A stretch of DNA of 64,000 nt from positions 2,170,001 through 2,234,000 of the forward strand of contig CDPCPM010000033.1 of NCBI GenBank assembly GCA_976551045.1, in the 5' to 3' direction. Positions 1 through 12,909 of the stretch are shown here, piece by piece. Each line of letters opens with the position of its first letter. Position 1 is the stretch's first letter. The position numbers and the translations under genes were made by a program. Origin of the DNA: Glaucostegus cemiculus (lineage: Eukaryota). A model generated the notes under the pieces. That model was not told the origin of the DNA and ran no database searches. It was given only the letters and a program-made list of their open reading frames with translations.

Positions 1-281
1 AAGTTGAGAACAGCCAAACATGGTATTGTTTGTAAGATTGTCCTCTTAGGAAATGATAATATATTGGTGAACATACTCAGGGAGTTTGGATGAAATGAAG
101 ATTTTACATAAAAAATGCTCCAATTTTATACACCGTGTCAGCTATCTCTTCCTAGTGTTGATTTACATGCTGTTTTTTCTCTCTCCCAGAGTCTGGGCAG
201 CGAGCAGGTGTTTCAGTAGGTTTAGCTTTCCACAGCTTATGTGTTTGTAGACTATAATCAGCAAATTCAACAGCAGATTTT

Positions 282-705
282 GTGAGTGTGCGCTGCACAT
301 GTGTATCCGTAAATGTGTTCGGAAATCTTTCTGATGTAGTATATTTTCCAGTATGTATGTTTGTCAGCATGTGTTTCTATGTGTATGGATGTCTATTTCT
401 GTATATGCTTGCAGAATTCCAAGTGCATTTTGATGTCTATGCATTTGTGTGTGCTTACAAATGTTTGTTTCTGTCTGTATGCATTTGTTTGACTACACAT
501 GTTTCGATGTATGTGTATGTACCGATGTGTATGTATGTTTATATGTCTGCATGAATGTGTGTTGAAGTTCATTGTGTGTTTGCTTATGGATATGTGTTTC
601 TATGTTTTATGGAGGTAGATTTGCGTGTGTGCTTGTGTGTGTATCTGTCTGAGTTCATGTGTGAATCTGTGTGTGTGGGATTGTATGTGTTTCTCTGTCT
701 TTGTT
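282..705. repeat. Degenerate TG/TATG-rich low-complexity tract
   Basis: Repeated tgtgt, tatgt and gtgtgtg words. These explain the spurious V/C/Y/M-rich ORFs here. Confidence 0.75.
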
Positions 706-1333
706 TTGGTAGCCAGCAGGTTTTAGAATATATCTAACAGCTGCTAGATGATAAATTCACACCTCAAAAGTTTTTTTGTCCCTAGTGTCAGGTGGGGAAG
801 GGGGAACAGTTGTGGGTTAGAATCTTTCATCAAAGAGAAAGGGTAAAATAAAAGTGTGCATTGAAACCTACTGCTGTCTGTATTACAGATTTGAATGCAT
901 TGCCATCTGTGGGTTGATCAAACATAATAATACCTCCTTGCATAAATTTTAATAATGTTTTCTCTGACTTTCATATAAGGGGTATGTTGGGAAATACTGT
1001 ATGAAAGTAATTTCATTTGAAAAACTGTGAAATGAGTACACAGGGACTTGTGTCCTATATATGCAATAAATTAGAGTGAAGCAGAGCTATGATATCAAAT
1101 CGCCCTTGTCAGATTGCAGTTCACAAGTGGCAGTCTGGCACCATTTGTAAACTGGATGGTGTTACCAGTGTCATCATTCCGCTTCTGTATCCCAAACAGG
1201 CCCTAATTTTTATCCTCTTTTTCCTCACACTCTTTCCCTCTTCCTGCCCCTTTATCTTAAATAATTTCAGCAAAATAAGCGGCTCTTCTGCAGCAGCTAG
1301 GAAGCATTCTGCCGCCAACTCATCAAACTTTAA

Positions 1334-1465
1334 NNNNNNNNNNNNNNNNNNNNNNNNNNNNNNNNNNNNNNNNNNNNNNNNNNNNNNNNNNNNNNNNNNN
1401 NNNNNNNNNNNNNNNNNNNNNNNNNNNNNNNNNNNNNNNNNNNNNNNNNNNNNNNNNNNNNNNNN
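1334..1465. other. N run (132 bp): assembly gap or masked sequence
   Basis: Directly visible. Confidence 0.98.
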
Positions 1466-3007
1466 CTAGGCACTTGCTGCTCTGTCATGAATAAGGTATT
1501 TCATACAAGCAAAGTACGTGCCCGATGAGCTTTTAAAGTCGCTTTACACTAAACCTGTGTATTGCTTGGCGTGCATGAGTGAGTACAACACGCATCGTGA
1601 TCTGTCTCAGGTGGTGCGAGGCTGGCTGTGCATCCAGGAGTGATGTGATGGGAGCTGAGTGTCTTCTCGAACATGGTCTCTCTTTTGCTGCAAAAACTTA
1701 AGAGAAATAGTCAACATTTGCAGTTAATCGTTACTACACAGTGGTATAATTAATATTTAAACATTTTAATAATGTGAGGTTTGTCCGTATTGTTTAACAT
1801 ATAACCAAATCTTTTTTTATATATGTGCTTAAGACATGAGTTTACCTTTTCCCTTCTTGAGCCCAATCGTGTCCTTTATCTTCATAGAAAATGGATTTCT
1901 CACTCTGTGCACAATTTATAGTTTCCTGTTGCTAGTGGAAGGCAAGCTTCCAAATCTTAGAATTTTCAGTAATTACCTAATCCACACCTCAGTCTAATAA
2001 AAAAGGTTTAAAAAATAAATAAGCAACTTGACAGGAAATGAGTTGAATGGAACAGATTGGAATTATTTATTTGCATGTTAAAAAGCAACCCTTTTTTGGT
2101 GAAGTAAGAAGTAGAATTGTGTTTCAGTCACAACACAGAAACAACATTTTAATACCTGTCCTTCTAATTATACACACAGTGTACTGTGCTGTACACTTTC
2201 TGCAGTTCTAATTTTCTTCTATAGATTCTCCCATTTATTTTTCAAAGTAATGTCACAGTTTTATTATTCTTTCCCTCCTACTGTCACTTTTACAAATTTA
2301 TTTTACACAAACTGTTAATAGCTGTATACAGTTTAATTATTATTTTCTTACCACCCAGTCAGATCTAAGAGTTCACAGCTCTCTCTAAGCAAAATAGATC
2401 TCCATAAAATGACAGAAACAGTCCTCCGCAAATGGAGTTTTGCAGTGACGCGAAACGACTCAAGGGTACGCATTTGCACAAATGTGCCTGTAGAAGCTGG
2501 ATGTCAAAACACCTGTTGATTGGAGTTTGTACTAGCCACAGTATAACTTCAGTCTATATTGAACATCTCATTGGGACTGAACTCTGTTGCCATCAACTGA
2601 GTTTTATTCTCACTTTTTTTTCTCTCCTCTGACTGGAAGACTGAAAATGCTGATTACAGGATGCCGCTGTATGTGCACATTTTCTGTCAAATAAATTAGA
2701 AAGTACAATTTGAGGAAGCGGAAGAACCAGATAGTGTTTATTCATTAGCAGTAAGCAGTGAAGAGACCAAACAATGAAGAAAGCAAACCAAGAAGAACTC
2801 AAGCCAGGTTGCATTCTTACATATATCCTCTGGTATCACTAGCCTTCATTTCATTGCGACCTTCACCAGTACCACCAAGAAACAACTTGGACTGAGAAGT
2901 CCAAAGGAATTCATTTTATGCTGAACATTATTTAGTGTTAACTATTTGCAGCTGAGAACTGCATTTAAATCCAGAGTTGGTCATAAGACTTTCAATCATT
3001 GTGGAGC

Positions 3008-3160
3008 TGTTCTGTGGTGGACTCATGACTGAGAGGACTTAAAACAACTTATAGTTGGTCTGTGGTGTAGCAGTGATTGAGAGGACCTGAAACAAGTTAC
3101 CATGTCTCATTTTACTTGCTTTAAAATTGGTCTGTGGTGAAATGGTACTTGAGAGGTTAA
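3008..3160. repeat. Three degenerate copies of a ~47-bp unit (decayed minisatellite or local duplication)
   Basis: tgttctgtggtg..gactgagaggacttaaaacaactta / tggtctgtggtg..gattgagaggacctgaaacaagtta / tggtctgtggtg..cttgagagg. Confidence 0.75.
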
Positions 3161-3609
3161 ATCTGGCTCTTTCATCATACAAGCTCGAAATAACTAGGAC
3201 TTGCTAATGCACAATATTTATAGCTTCCACCTGAGAGTTGTATTGGAGTTTGTTTAATACAGCTGCTTGCTCTGGAAATATCTGGAATATTGAGATTTGT
3301 AACTGAAGACAATGAGGTAAATGGGAATGGATTGAAGCTGTTCTGTTGGATGCAAATATCCTTTTGCCTCTCTTGCATTTTTGCTGCTCAAAGTGGCATA
3401 ATTCTTTCATCATAGTTTAAGCCAGACTTTAGCACCTGCCCTGCTGGTGGTGTAGCTTCATCCAGCATACCATTCACTAACACATCTATGTTGTTAGACT
3501 TAACATATAAATTAACAATAAACATTAAATATACACTCTACTTACGTCATAAAATGAGTGAGACATAATCCAGTGAAGTGGGACTTTGTAAGAGATAGCA
3601 ATAGACTAT

Positions 3610-3960
3610 AAAAAGGTTTGCATTAGCTGTCAGCTTGTTACTCTGAAACACTGCAAAATGATTCACATTCAATGATTTACTTTGTTGTGATGTTGGCAAG
3701 TGTGGCAGCCATTTTACACACAGTGTTCTATAAACAGGGATAAGGTGGTACTGTTTGAAGGAAGAGTATTGGTCAGAACACTGGGAGAACTGTGAAGTTC
3801 TGTTCTGATATTACTATGTATGTTCCCCTGAGGAGGTAAATGAGCCACCTATGATTGGTGGAGAATGGTAGAATGATGTGGCTTTATTTGAAAGATAGGG
3901 GGCATGATGATGATCTAACTTTTCTTTGTGGGACCCAGAGAAGGATCCCTGCATCTAAGC
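3610..3960 (-). mobile_element. Heavily decayed Deu-domain SINE (SacSINE1/AmnSINE1-like)
   Basis: Colinear by eye with the 15180-15600 copy (gcagcc..ttacaca, ggagaact, cctgagg). Confidence 0.45.
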
Positions 3961-4065
3961 AAAAACCAAACATTTTAAACCTATGTTCTTGGGCCAACCT
4001 ATTCCTTGCGGGGTTGATGCACCAGGATACTCATTACTATTACCTATTCAGACATAAACTGCAAT

Positions 4066-4120
4066 TTGGTATTGGTATTGGTTTATTATTGTCACTTGTA
4101 CTGAGTCTTGTCTTACAAAC
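4066..4120 (-). mobile_element. 3' tail remnant of a Rex1/Babar-type LINE
   Basis: Reverse complement reads gtgacaataataaaccaataccaatacca: AATAAA followed by a 6-nt tandem tail. Confidence 0.5.
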
Positions 4121-4854
4121 CGGTGAGCCTCAATGGGGTTGGAGATCAGACATGTACATCGTACAGGATACCACTAACTTTATGAAGTCTTTCTGTCTCT
4201 TATTAAATTAAGGAAACTAAAATTATGTATGGTCAACTTCCAGTGGCTCCATGTAATGTAATTAATCTGGGCCATTTAAATTGAATGCTCGCCTGTCCAG
4301 TTCTAATGTGCAAATTGAATTAAAATTGCCACCTATCCATCTGCCAAGGTATAAAGTAAAGCAATTTATCAGCTCACCCTAAATTAATAATTTCTTATAC
4401 AGATACTGTTCAGCTGACGGTCCAGGCAACAATGTTTATAAGAACCTGGCACAATATGTTTAACTCCCAGAATCAACTCTGTGATATCTCCAAAATGTTC
4501 AGTCACTCTTTCAAGAAAATAAATTCTGGGATATGAAAAGTCATCTGCACATTCAACATATTCCTTACATCAGCCCATGTTTAGTTCATGCTGTTGCAGA
4601 CTGGCAAAGGTTTGAAGGCACAGGAAATTGCCAATGAGAGAAGGGGAAAGGGAAAAGTCTACTGGATCCCCAGAGGTAATCAAGCAAAAGCTCCAGTAAA
4701 TCACTCTAACAATGCAATCTATGGTATTGGATCTTGACCACTTATTTTTCCCCCAATGAAACTAAATTTTTAGACTAAACTTTTTTTTACTTTATATTTG
4801 TTTTTATAAGTAAAATGGTAGATCAGAAAACATCTCACAGGTATCTGTGACGAA

Positions 4855-5258
4855 GTTGGTAGCACTGTCACTTCTGATTGTAGATTCAAGTCATACTCCA
4901 GAGACTAGAGCTCAAACCTTTTGCTAGTACTCCACTGTAGTAATAAGAAAGCTCTGAACTGTTAGAGATGCTGGCCATTGGATTAGGTATTAAACTGAGG
5001 CCCTGTCTTCTCTCTCAAGAGACATACAGGACAAATACCAGTACTTTGAAGAAGAAGGGGTGCATTACTCCCAATACACTGACCAATATGAAATCCTAAC
5101 TCAACATTACCGAAATATATGATCTGGTCAGTATCCCATTGCAGTCTTTGGGAGCTTGTTGTGTACATTTCACCATTGCATTTCTTGTAACAGCAACTAC
5201 ACCTCAAAAGTATTTCAGTAGCTGCAAAAGTGTTGTGTAAATGCAAGTCTTTTATTTT
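4855..5258 (+). mobile_element. Deu-domain SINE (SacSINE1-like), decayed
   Basis: tRNA-like head (gttggtagcact..gattcaagtc), Deu-like core ttaaactgaggccctgtcttctctctc, tail aaatgcaagtctttt. Colinear with 24485-24930. Confidence 0.65.
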
Positions 5259-5679
5259 ACTGAGGTAGAGTTGATGCCCCTGTAAACAGAAAGAAGATTT
5301 CCAACATTTAAACAAAAAACTCCTGTCTTATTTTGCTGCATAGGGTATTAAATAGCAGCCATTGTTATTTTTGGAACATGTATTTAAATACAGCTATTGT
5401 TAAAAATTATGAATGAGAGATAAAGTCAGCTCTAGAGCAGCTGCAGATGTCAGTGGCTACTGAGCTTCAGTTTCAACCATCGTGAAATAAATGTTTTCTC
5501 ACATTTCCCAGGCTCAGAGATGACACTTCTGAAAATATGGCATTGGTTGTTTACTGATTATGGAATTTTGAATTGAAGCTTAAAAATCATCTTTGAACCT
5601 TCAAGGACAGTATGCACCACAGTCACTGGATAAATATAAAATCTGAATAAACTCAATAAAGAATTCAGAAGAAAGAACT

Positions 5680-5880
5680 TTATTCAAGGAGTGGTGAGGA
5701 TGTGAAATTTGTTGCCAGATGGGTATAGTTGAGACAAATAGCATAGAGGCATTTAAGTGAAAACTGGGGAAGGAGAGGAGGGGAGAGAAATGCAGGGATC
5801 AATAACGAGACTGTGTGGGCACAAGCAGTGGGATAGATCAATTGGCCTGAATTTATGTCACTACACTGGAAAGTCTGTCC
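5680..5880 (+). mobile_element. Old CR1-type LINE 3' remnant
   Basis: gagtggtgaggatgtgaaatttgttgcca..gttgagacaaatagcatagaggcatttaag resembles the CR1 ORF2 C-terminus (RVV..WN.LP..VVEA.SI..FK). Confidence 0.5.
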
Positions 5881-6701
5881 TGTTCTCCATAACATGATAT
5901 GCCATGTTTGCTTTTTGGACATAAAAACAATTGAAAAAGGCAACTCAAAAATAAAAGCCAAATTTAACTTGTCTATTCTTCATGGTGATAGAAATCAAAC
6001 TTGAATTATATGCAATGTTTACTTGCCAACTGGATGTTTAGGTGGAGATCATTCCAATCTAGTCGAACAGCCTTTCTCTCCAACTCCAGTAAGTTTGCAG
6101 CTTTTAAACAAAACTAAGAAAATGAAAAACGACAACAGATGGGGTAAAATTGGGCCTTGACCACTTGCAAATGTCTAATATAGTGGCTGCCTAGTAAAAT
6201 TATGCCCATACCTTACAGTACATGTGTGGTTAGCACAAGCAACCAAGGATGAATCTTTGAACATTTTTTAAGGTGCCAAAAATTTCGCTGTGGGCTGCCT
6301 GCTCCAGCATCCAAGGGGATATATCTTCAATTCTTGGAGATGTTCGTTTAATCATGGATGATTGGAAACGCTATCAACACAATAATTTGGGATTTTAATC
6401 AATATGTAGAATGTCACATCACTAATTTGACCCACAGTGATACATGGAAGCACATGCTTATAAAATCCATGACTTTGCAGAAAGCAGTTAGGAGTGAATT
6501 TTGAAGGGGAGACAATTGAGCAACTCTCTCCCTTGTATAAATGAATAATAACTGTAAGTTTTCTCTTTAGTTAACAGATCAATTGGATTGTAGTCTAAAT
6601 GCTTTGATGGGTCTGCACTCTTCAAAGCAAATCAGTGATACGGACGTAAAGTGGGATTTTATTTTACTGAAGGAAGCAAAAGAAAAGTTTTTTTGTTGCC
6701 A

Positions 6702-6719
6702 CCCCCCCCCCCCCCCCCC
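6702..6719. repeat. Poly-C homopolymer
   Basis: Run of 18 C. Confidence 0.9.
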
Positions 6720-6954
6720 AATCTTCTTAGAGTAGACAGCATCAAGACAGGGGTCCCTAATCCATCATGCCCTGCAGGCAGTGCACAGCTACCGGAGATG
6801 CCAGCCGGAGATCAGTAGTTGCACAGACTCGTCAGTGAAATCCAAGACGATTTATAACAGCTAGGTAACGGCTTTGGCTCTGGCAGAACATTAAGTGAAA
6901 CGTCATGCTGGTGCGGGGGCAGAGGGTGGTCAAAGAAAGACAGAAAGAGAGTTG

Positions 6955-6998
6955 GGGAGAGGGAGGGAGGGAGAGAGAGAGAGAGAGAGAGAAAGGGA
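6955..6998. repeat. GGGA/(GA)n purine microsatellite
   Basis: gggagagggagggagggagagagagagagagagagaaaggg. Confidence 0.9.
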
Positions 6999-9900
6999 AA
7001 TGCAGTATATGCCTGACCAGAATGCAGTGAACCTAAGGTCTTCTGCAAGTCTCACATACTGCCCTTGCTCTCTGCATCCTGGACACAGTCTCACATTCCT
7101 GTCTTTCTAGACCCACTAGGAGGTAGATAAGGTAGTCGCGGTCATTCCACCTCCCCTGTCCATAGAAGGACAATGCCAGGAATGTCTGCAATGTGTTCTA
7201 TTTTTGTCGCACCTATGTGTGGCCACCCATCTGGTCTTAATCAATCAGTCTCATCCCAAAGCTTTGTTAAACTACCAGCTGAAATAATATACTGCTTCAT
7301 CAGGATACAGCCTGAAGGATGGCGGCTGTGCAAATCCCCAGCCAGCGCATGTTAATTGTGGTTACATATCTGTGAACCTAGAAGCTAACAGGGAATTAGG
7401 GAGAAGGAAGGATTTATGTGATAGTGGTGGTAGTGGCTCTTCTACTTTTAAAATTTGTCCACACAGTTTCTTAGGCAAAAGAACTCTATTAGCGAGGATG
7501 TCTGCATGACAATCACCACCTCAACTTCCTTTCTTATGTCTATGTGAGTATTCCTTTCACGGTGGGACTTTTTGCTGCTGCCTAGGTAACTGCCTGGGAA
7601 GGTTGGAATATCTGGTGACGGAGTTGTGATTGAGGGTCCTGACACAACCTTTGTTGTATTGAGGTGTTTGATGCGCATTCACATACACGGTTAAAGCCAG
7701 TTAGTTCTCTTCAGTGTACTCCCACCCTCCCTTTTGCCTGCACTCCTACCCCCACCAACACTGCCCCATCACCCCACCCCTTTAGTAACACCTCTTGCAA
7801 AGGAAACAACACAAGCCAGCTTTTGGCCAGACACTGGTGACTGATGAGAATTTGACTGAAATTCTATTCACAGAGCATTTTGTGAATGTTAGTATCTGTG
7901 TGCTGGACAATATAAGTGCAAGATACTGTGAGTGCATAAGTGTAATGTTACTTGCCTGTGTTTGTGTATGCATTGGTGTGAGCATGCAAGATTCTGGAGC
8001 ATGTATGCAAGAAATGCATGGAGTTATGTGTGTTGTGTACAAAAGAGAGAGAATACATGTGTGAGAGAGCAAAATAAGGTGTGAGAAAGTGCTTGAAAAC
8101 ACATGAATTTGATGAATTACACTTGCTTTCATAGTGAATTTTGTTCTCTGCAATTGTCTACGTTCTGGCCAGAGTTAGGGAGACATTGTAGAAATATAGT
8201 GCTTGAAGTTTTGGGAAGGACAGGGGAGGGCTCATTCAAGTATAACATAATTGTGTGAAAGATTTGTTTTAAGATGTCCCTAACACCCCCACCCATTCAA
8301 TTATCACCTCCATGGAAGGTGCTAACTCATGTTGCTTCAAGTTTCTGCAGCTGTTAGGTATCCCTTAGGACCTTGGCCAATTCACCCCTCCACATGTGTG
8401 AGTCTAAGCAAGGATTGACTTCAAGCTATTCAGCCATTTGGGAGGATGGGGGTGGGGGGAGCAGGGTGGGTGGTGCCAATGGGCCAGTTCACAACTAGCT
8501 TTGTTTCTGCCCTCAGTCGGTGGCCAGATATGCACTCCAAAGGTGGTCACTGCTCAATCAAGAGGCAGCAACCCTTTATTGCACCTCTAGCCCATCCAGA
8601 GTTGTCAAAACCACCTGTTGGATTCTAAATGGCCACCAATGACTTGTACAGGTTAGGCATTGAGCCTTGACACCTGGATTGTGCATGGCCTGAACATTAT
8701 TTTGAACTTTAACTTTAATAATAAAGGAAGCACTTGTTCTCACGTTTTGTTATTTAATCCCATGCATCTTACATAGGTATGCTTCTCTGCTTCCCTTAAG
8801 AAACTTCTTGCTATCCCTGGATTCTAAAGATAGTCATGTGTTTTTGCTTCATTTGACATCATGAATGTGGACTGCTGCCCACAAACCACTGTCTCTGTCC
8901 ATGATGTCACCTGAGGATGAACTCTAGACAGAATGTCTGCAGTTTGGCAGTCTTAAACCAACAGATTGTAACTTGATAGAAATAGGGCTGTTAAGGACCC
9001 AGAGGCACCCCTAATTGCACAGGTATCTTCCTTATAACATTTAAGATTAAAGAGTAATCCAAATATAATTCTCATTTATTTATTTGTGGAAGTCTTTCCT
9101 TTTAAAAGTTTTTGCTAAGAAATAGGCAGCACTTTACTGTTTAACTTAAATGCTAGTGGCAAGTTAGTCTGTTATTATTATGTGTGGTGATTAAAAGCCA
9201 ACTTGCTTGGAGTATCACAAGCTCATCACTAACTTCTGGCAAAGTTATTGCAGCAAAGCCTGATTAACTAGAATAGCATACATATCATTTCATTACTCCC
9301 TCCTTTTAATATTTATACATAATGTGTTGGATCATTCATACCTGAGTAAATAATTGTACTTTTCTGACTGTGCCCCATTCCTCCACTAAAGGCTTTTCAT
9401 ATTCCAGAATGTGTAAATCTGAACATGCAAGGTATTAAACTTAGGAAGTACAATCAGGGCCTCACCAGCAAGCTGCAACTGGCAGAGAGAGAGAGACATG
9501 GGGGTTCAGATCCTGTTGACAAACCACAAGAACTGGTTAGTCAATATCCTCTGTGTTCCTGAGACTTCTTATTCTTTTGAAACATGTGACAGAATATATC
9601 TTCTGCTTCTATTACTATATATGCTTTACTTTAAAAAAATAGTTGCATGATGCCAAAAATTCACAGGTAGCCAAGTAGTGTAGTGGACGTCTCAATTACC
9701 AGATTCAAACAAGCCAGTGGCGATCATTTGCTGTGTTTTATGATTCAAACCGCAGTGCCAACATTGGACCACTCAGAAAGACTGCAGTAATAATGTATTG
9801 TGCACCTTAGCAATGCAAATTACTTTGCAAAAGCCCCAGAGACAGTGGATCCTACTAATTCCATATTCCATTCTGTCGAAACAACATAGGTGAGTATCAG

Positions 9901-11044
9901 CAGACAGCAGTGAGGGTTACTGGAATCATAATGAAAAGTGAGAGCACTGGCTGATTTCTTTCACATCAGACTCCACCCACACCAGTCCCAGAGTTTCTAA
10001 CATATTAAAATAGCCCAAGAATAGGAGCATTTAGACCAATTCATCAGTTGTCCATTGGTTTACCTGAAGTCTACTGCTGCAGCATTGATTAGGAATTAAA
10101 TCTGTGATTTTTCTACTTTGCGTAACTTGGCGAGAGAATAAGCTATTGCTTTTACCAACTGAGCCACCTCAGATTGAATGAGACAGCAGAGAACATTGCC
10201 CATGCACCATCAATAGACTCTGGTTTTTATCAGAGTATGTTTCCTCTCTAAAATATTGTTGCAGAAAAAATTGTTACCATTTTGTTCACTGTGACAGAGT
10301 AACAAAATCTTGCAAACACAATTCATATGTGACAATATGATTTTATTGCAAAACAATAAGAATTGCAAATGGCAGTTCCAACCTCACAATGTAATTTTTT
10401 TTTCTGAGGGAAAGTTTGTGCTGCATATAATTTGAGATTTCTTCCCTGTGAAAAAGTACTCAAGTTACATGACAAGTAGTGATTTTTATTCCCTCTCTTA
10501 GGTTAGTTATGTTCAAATAAAGAAAAGATTTCATGGTTCAAATTGAAGCCAGGTATTGCGTAGTGCAGTTCTGCAGTGGGTTTGTGTAAAAGAGGATGCT
10601 ATAGTCCCCAGCTCCTCAGTAATGCTGATTGACTAGAATGGTTCATTTCTTTACTTTAGGCCTCAAGTAACACTGTATACACTATAAGCAGAGACCTTTC
10701 TCATCAAAGAAGCAAATGCCTTCATTCTGCATGTGGAGAAGTCATGAAGCAGTGTTACCCTCCTGGATGGTGCTCTTAAGTTTATTTTCTCTCAGTCAAG
10801 TCAACATTCTTGGACCAATTTAATAAATGTAGGTTAAGTTAAAGGAGGCAGTAGAAAACAGAATACTATAGTGAGCCTGTTGACACTATTGCTGTATCGT
10901 GGTATATGTGCAAGGTTAAGGGTGAATGGGGACAGACATAAGACAGGCAAGAACAAGCTATCATGCATTCAATATACTGTTGCTGAGTAACAGCTGAGTG
11001 TGCCAGTCTGCAGAGAAACAAAGCACAGTTGCCCTGACACTCCA

Positions 11045-11345
11045 GTGGTGCGGTGTTACTGCCTGGTATGGGTCTGAACTGTACAGGACATGGAGGTTTG
11101 ATCCCTGCTCGGAGCTGATTGACAGCAGTTGTGACACTGCAGTTATTTTCACTTGTCCTGAGGTTATAGAAGGGAAAAGGCTGACAGAATTCTTATTCCT
11201 GTTTGCTATCTAGCAACTTCTGCCATGGGCATGTCTTCCTATATAGGTTGAGGACAAGATAGATCTGGACAGGGATGCTTCCTGTGGTCAAATATCTCTG
11301 CAACTCTTTCAGCCCAGGGCCACAAATGAAGTTTGCTACTTGAAT
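11045..11345 (+). mobile_element. Old tRNA-derived SINE-like repeat, unnamed; weakly related copies appear near 30340-30590(-), 41330-41565(-) and 55750-56030(+)
   Basis: B-box-like ggtttgatccc followed by a body resembling a recurrent elasmobranch repeat. Similarity was judged by eye only. Confidence 0.35.
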
Positions 11346-12909
11346 GAAGTGGCACCGAGATAGCTAATACTCATAGAGCAAAGTGTTAGCATAAATCAGT
11401 GCCTTCAAAGAATAGCACTGAAGAAGAAAACAGTTCATTTGGAAATTATTGATGATAGAATCAGAGTCTTGTCAATTTTACCCGTATTTAGCCTTAATTA
11501 AGGAATACTGCTTCTTGAACATAAATTGCGGAGTGGAAGTAGTATTTTAAGAGATTAATGATTTCAGTGTATACCACCGGACATCTTTTTTTTAAACCTG
11601 TATCAAATCCAACAAGCATTTTCAATCTCCTACTGTGAGCAAGTACCAATCCAGAAAAGTAGAACAGGCCGGGAAAAAAAAGGCCAGTAAACCAGCAACA
11701 AAATGAAACATAAACAAAGCCATAATCAATTTGGGGAACAGCTACAATATTTCCAGTTATGGCTCTCATCTCCTCCATCAACTACCTTGTTATCCAAGAA
11801 AATAAATGAGAAAGGGTTACTAATCTACCAACAGTTGAGTTCCGAACAATATGGTCACGTACTACAAAATTTTCTTCAAACAACCACAGAATACAGGACA
11901 ATGTACGAAAAGTGAGTTCAATGAGTAAGTCAGCACACATTGTAAAAAAACAGATAGCGGGGAGCGATTACAGGGCTGTAATCTAATCTCAGGGCTTCGG
12001 ATGACGTCCAGAACTACTCGGGGGATTTTGATGTCATCTGGACCCTCCATAACATTACAATCTGTTAATTACGCTGTCCACTGAAATGTCAAAGAGGACA
12101 CCTTCATGATCTCAATAGGTACCTTAGCTTCTTTAAATAGGGTCATATTTTTTCTGATAGAATCTCTTTCAGAAACTAGTTGATTCCCACTACAAATCAG
12201 TCCTTGAGAGTTTCTGTTGGAAGAAATGGCCTAATCAGTGGCACAGCTTTCATTAAAGTGCCCTGCTTGTTAGGCTACAGCTGTACATTGAAAACATTGT
12301 CAGGGGCCAGTAAGATTTGAGTTCTTTGGATCAGAAATGTAGAAAAATATGCATTCCTGTTTTAGAGTCAAAAGCACAATCATAAAGGCCTGGGATTCTA
12401 ATTGCAATTCTGTAACCTCTTTGTTGTAATTGCAAGACCAAGCATCAGAACACTGAAGGTGCTTAGATGAATTTTAATTTGGAAACAGTTGTTGAACTGC
12501 TGGTGTGTGATAAGTTACATTCAAAGAAAGCTTTTTTTAAATCATTCACAGGATATGGGTCTCACTGGCAAGGCCATCATTTATTTTCCATGCCTAATTG
12601 TCGTTGAGAGTTGGTATGACCTGTCACAGACTGTGAGATGAAGGTACTCTCGAAGCACTGTGATGTAGATCGTTCTGGAGTTTTCACTTGGGTGTTGATG
12701 AAGGTTCAGCAATATATTTCTAATCCAGGGTGGTGTGAAACTTGAGAGGGGAACTTGGAGATGGTGAGGGTTTCCATATGAATACTTCTTTTGCCCTTTT
12801 AGTGCCAGGATTTGCAGTAAAAGAAGTCTTGGTGATTGCTAGTATCTGTCTTGTAGCTAGAATGCACAACAGAACATGGAACACAATTGGTGGAGGAAGT
12901 CAAAGTTTA

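Noticed and set aside
152-737. ORFs of 60-90 aa rich in V/C/M/Y or H/T
   Set aside because: Artefacts of TG-rich low-complexity sequence
1089-1469. ORF running into N bases (also the ORFs at 42633-43208)
   Set aside because: Length is inflated by Ns, with no recognisable protein or splice structure
7836-7872. CTGATGA...GAAA hammerhead-like spacing
   Set aside because: Stems I and II do not pair convincingly and there is no pLTR-like context; likely chance
12001-12033. ATGA...AA...GA SECIS-like pattern within the hairpin
   Set aside because: Distance from UGA to AA is too short for SECIS helix II, and the location is intronic rather than a selenoprotein 3'UTR
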